A stretch of DNA of 64,000 nucleotides, from the NCBI RefSeq assembly GCF_009914755.1, contig NC_060934.1; one strand, given 5' to 3'. Both the position numbers and the translations under genes were made by a program. The notes under the pieces are model-generated. The model was given only the letters and a program-made list of their open reading frames with translations. It made no database searches and was not told where the DNA came from. The first letter of the stretch is position 1. Each line of letters opens with the position of its first letter. Source of the DNA: the human T2T-CHM13v2.0 reference genome, Homo sapiens. Of the stretch, positions 62,877 through 64,000 are shown piece by piece.

Positions 62877-64000
62877 GAATTCTCAGTAACTTCTTTGTGT
62901 TGTGTGTATTCAACTCACAGAGTTGAACCTTTCTTGAGAGAGAGCAGAGTTGAAACACTCTTTTTGTGGAATTTGCTAGTGCAGATTTCAAACGCTTCGA
63001 AGACAGTGATAGAAAAGGATATATCTTCGTATTAAAACTAGACAAAATCCTTCTCAGAAAACACTTTGTGATGTGTGTGTTCAACTCACAGAGTTTAACC
63101 TTTCTTTAATCGAGCAGTTTGGAAATACACTCTTTGTAAGTCTGCAGGTGGATAATTGGCCCTCTTTGAGCCCTTCGTTGGAAACGGGATTTCCTCATAT
63201 AATGCTAGACAGAAGAATTCTCAGTAACTTCTTTGTGTTGTTTGTATTCAACTCACAGATTTGAACCTTCCTTTAGAGAGAGCAGTTTTGAAACACTCTG
63301 TTTTTGGAATTTGCAAGTGCAGATTTCAAGCGCTTCTGGGCCTATGGCAGAAAAGGAAATATCTTCGTATAAAAACTACACAGAATCATTCTCAACAACT
63401 ACTTTGTGATGTGTGCGTTCAACTCACAGAGTTTAACCTTTCTTTTCATAGAGCAGTTTGGAAACACTCTGTTTGTAAAGCCTGCAAGTGCTTTTTTGGA
63501 CTTCATTGAGGCCTTCGTTGGAAACGGGATTTCTTCATATAATGCTAGACAGAAGAATTCTCAGTCACTTCTTTGTGTTGTTTGTATTGAAGTCACAGAG
63601 TTGAACCTTCCTTTAGACAGAGCAGTTTTGAAAAATTCTTTCTGTGGAATTTGCAAGTGGAGATTTCAAGCGATTTGAGGCTAATCTTTGAAATGGAAAT
63701 ATCTTCGTGTAAAAACTACACAGAATCATTCTCAGAAACTGCTTTGTCATCTCTGCGTTCAGTTCACAGAGTTTCACCTTTCTCTTCATAGAGCAGTTTG
63801 GAAAGACTCTGTCTGTAAAGTCTGCAAGTGATTAGTTAGACCCCATTGAGGCCATCGTTGGAAGCGGGAGTTCTCATTTACTGCTAGACAGAAGAATTCT
63901 CAGTAAATCCTTTGTGTTGTGGGTACTCATCTCACAGAGTTGAACCTTCCTTTATTCAGAGCAGTTTTGAAAAACACTTTTTGTGGAATTTGCAAGTGGA

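Larger units (their letters stand above)
6841..63870 (+). promoter_or_regulatory. CENP-B box positions in every second monomer (~340-bp spacing); most match NTTCGNNNNANNCGGGN
   Basis: CTTCGTTGGAAACGGGA in P, Q, Q' and S' dimers, and CTTCGTTGGAAGCGGGA in R dimers. The first box of the regular series is at 6841-6857. Confidence 0.93.
1..64000 (+). repeat. Alpha satellite (alphoid) tandem array, ~171-bp monomers, single orientation
   Basis: The core cattctcagaaact..tttgtgatgtgtg..ttcaactcacagagtt.aacct recurs every ~170 bp from start to end. Monomers carry either an A-type box (tggtagaaaaggaaatatcttc and derivatives) or a B-type box (cttcgttggaaacggga). Confidence 0.99.
27575..64000 (+). repeat. 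Homogeneous SF2 12-mer HOR (PQRSQ'S', ~2037 bp); probably chromosome 18 D18Z1/S2C18H1L-type array
   Basis: The 2036-2037 bp period is visible directly (ORF starts 29997, 32034, 34071, 36108, 38145, 40182, 42218; 53758, 55794, 57831, 59867). The period is certain. The chromosome assignment is inferred from recalled HOR sizes (SF2 12-mer with 8-mer variant). Confidence 0.85.

Noticed and set aside
171-63678. All ORFs in the supplied track (60-145 aa)
   Set aside because: They are chance frames in satellite, recur at the monomer or HOR period, often start at GTG/TTG, overlap in several frames and resemble no protein family I recognise. They served only as period markers.
6850-64000. CRISPR-like regular repeats (ctagacagaagaattctcagt every 340 bp)
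   Set aside because: The intervening sequence is itself repeated satellite, not unique spacers, and there are no cas genes.
1-64000. Alu, L1 or other transposon insertion; strand inversion
   Set aside because: I saw no non-alphoid stretch, poly-A tail or reverse-orientation monomer.
27575-64000. Calling this the kinetochore (CENP-A/CDR) site
   Set aside because: This is defined by chromatin and methylation and cannot be read from sequence. Array-edge units with many variants usually lie outside it.
15750-64000. Assignment to chr20, chr2 or chr14/22 SF2 arrays
   Set aside because: Their recalled dominant periods (16-, 4- and 8-mer) do not match the dominant 12-mer. They, and a great-ape origin, are not formally excluded without a search.
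16000-64000. Short palindromes and microsatellite-like runs (gaattc, aggcct, tgtgtgtg, agagagag, T-runs) as terminators or regulatory sites
   Set aside because: They are intrinsic parts of the alphoid monomer, with no independent evidence of function.

Overview
The whole 64 kb is primate alpha satellite (~171-bp monomers, about 376 of them), all in one orientation. I found no genes, no Alu/L1 insertion and no inversion; every listed ORF is an artefact of the repeat. The window looks like the edge of a centromeric array with four layers of rising homogeneity. (1) 1-~6850: divergent SF5-like alpha with irregular A-box/CENP-B-box order. (2) ~6850-15750: divergent SF2-like 340-bp dimers. (3) ~15750-27575: an 8-mer (~1357 bp) higher-order repeat (HOR). 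(4) ~27575-64000: a homogeneous 12-mer (~2037 bp) HOR with 8-, 10- and 16-mer variants. An SF2 12-mer plus 8-mer best fits human chromosome 18 D18Z1, but that is an inference from recall, not a search. Four dimers are labelled by their A-monomer signature: P (aaacgcttcgaagaca), Q (tctaggcctatggcag), R (aatctttgaaatgg) and S (cgccaatcttagacatgg). The 8-mer is PQRS and the 12-mer is PQRSQ'S'. I see no new gene system. What is interesting is the readable record of HOR evolution: origin of the 12-mer, a dead-end alternative 12-mer, CENP-B box losses, multi-kb duplications, an old-type island and conversion tracts. Boundaries were read by eye and are approximate.
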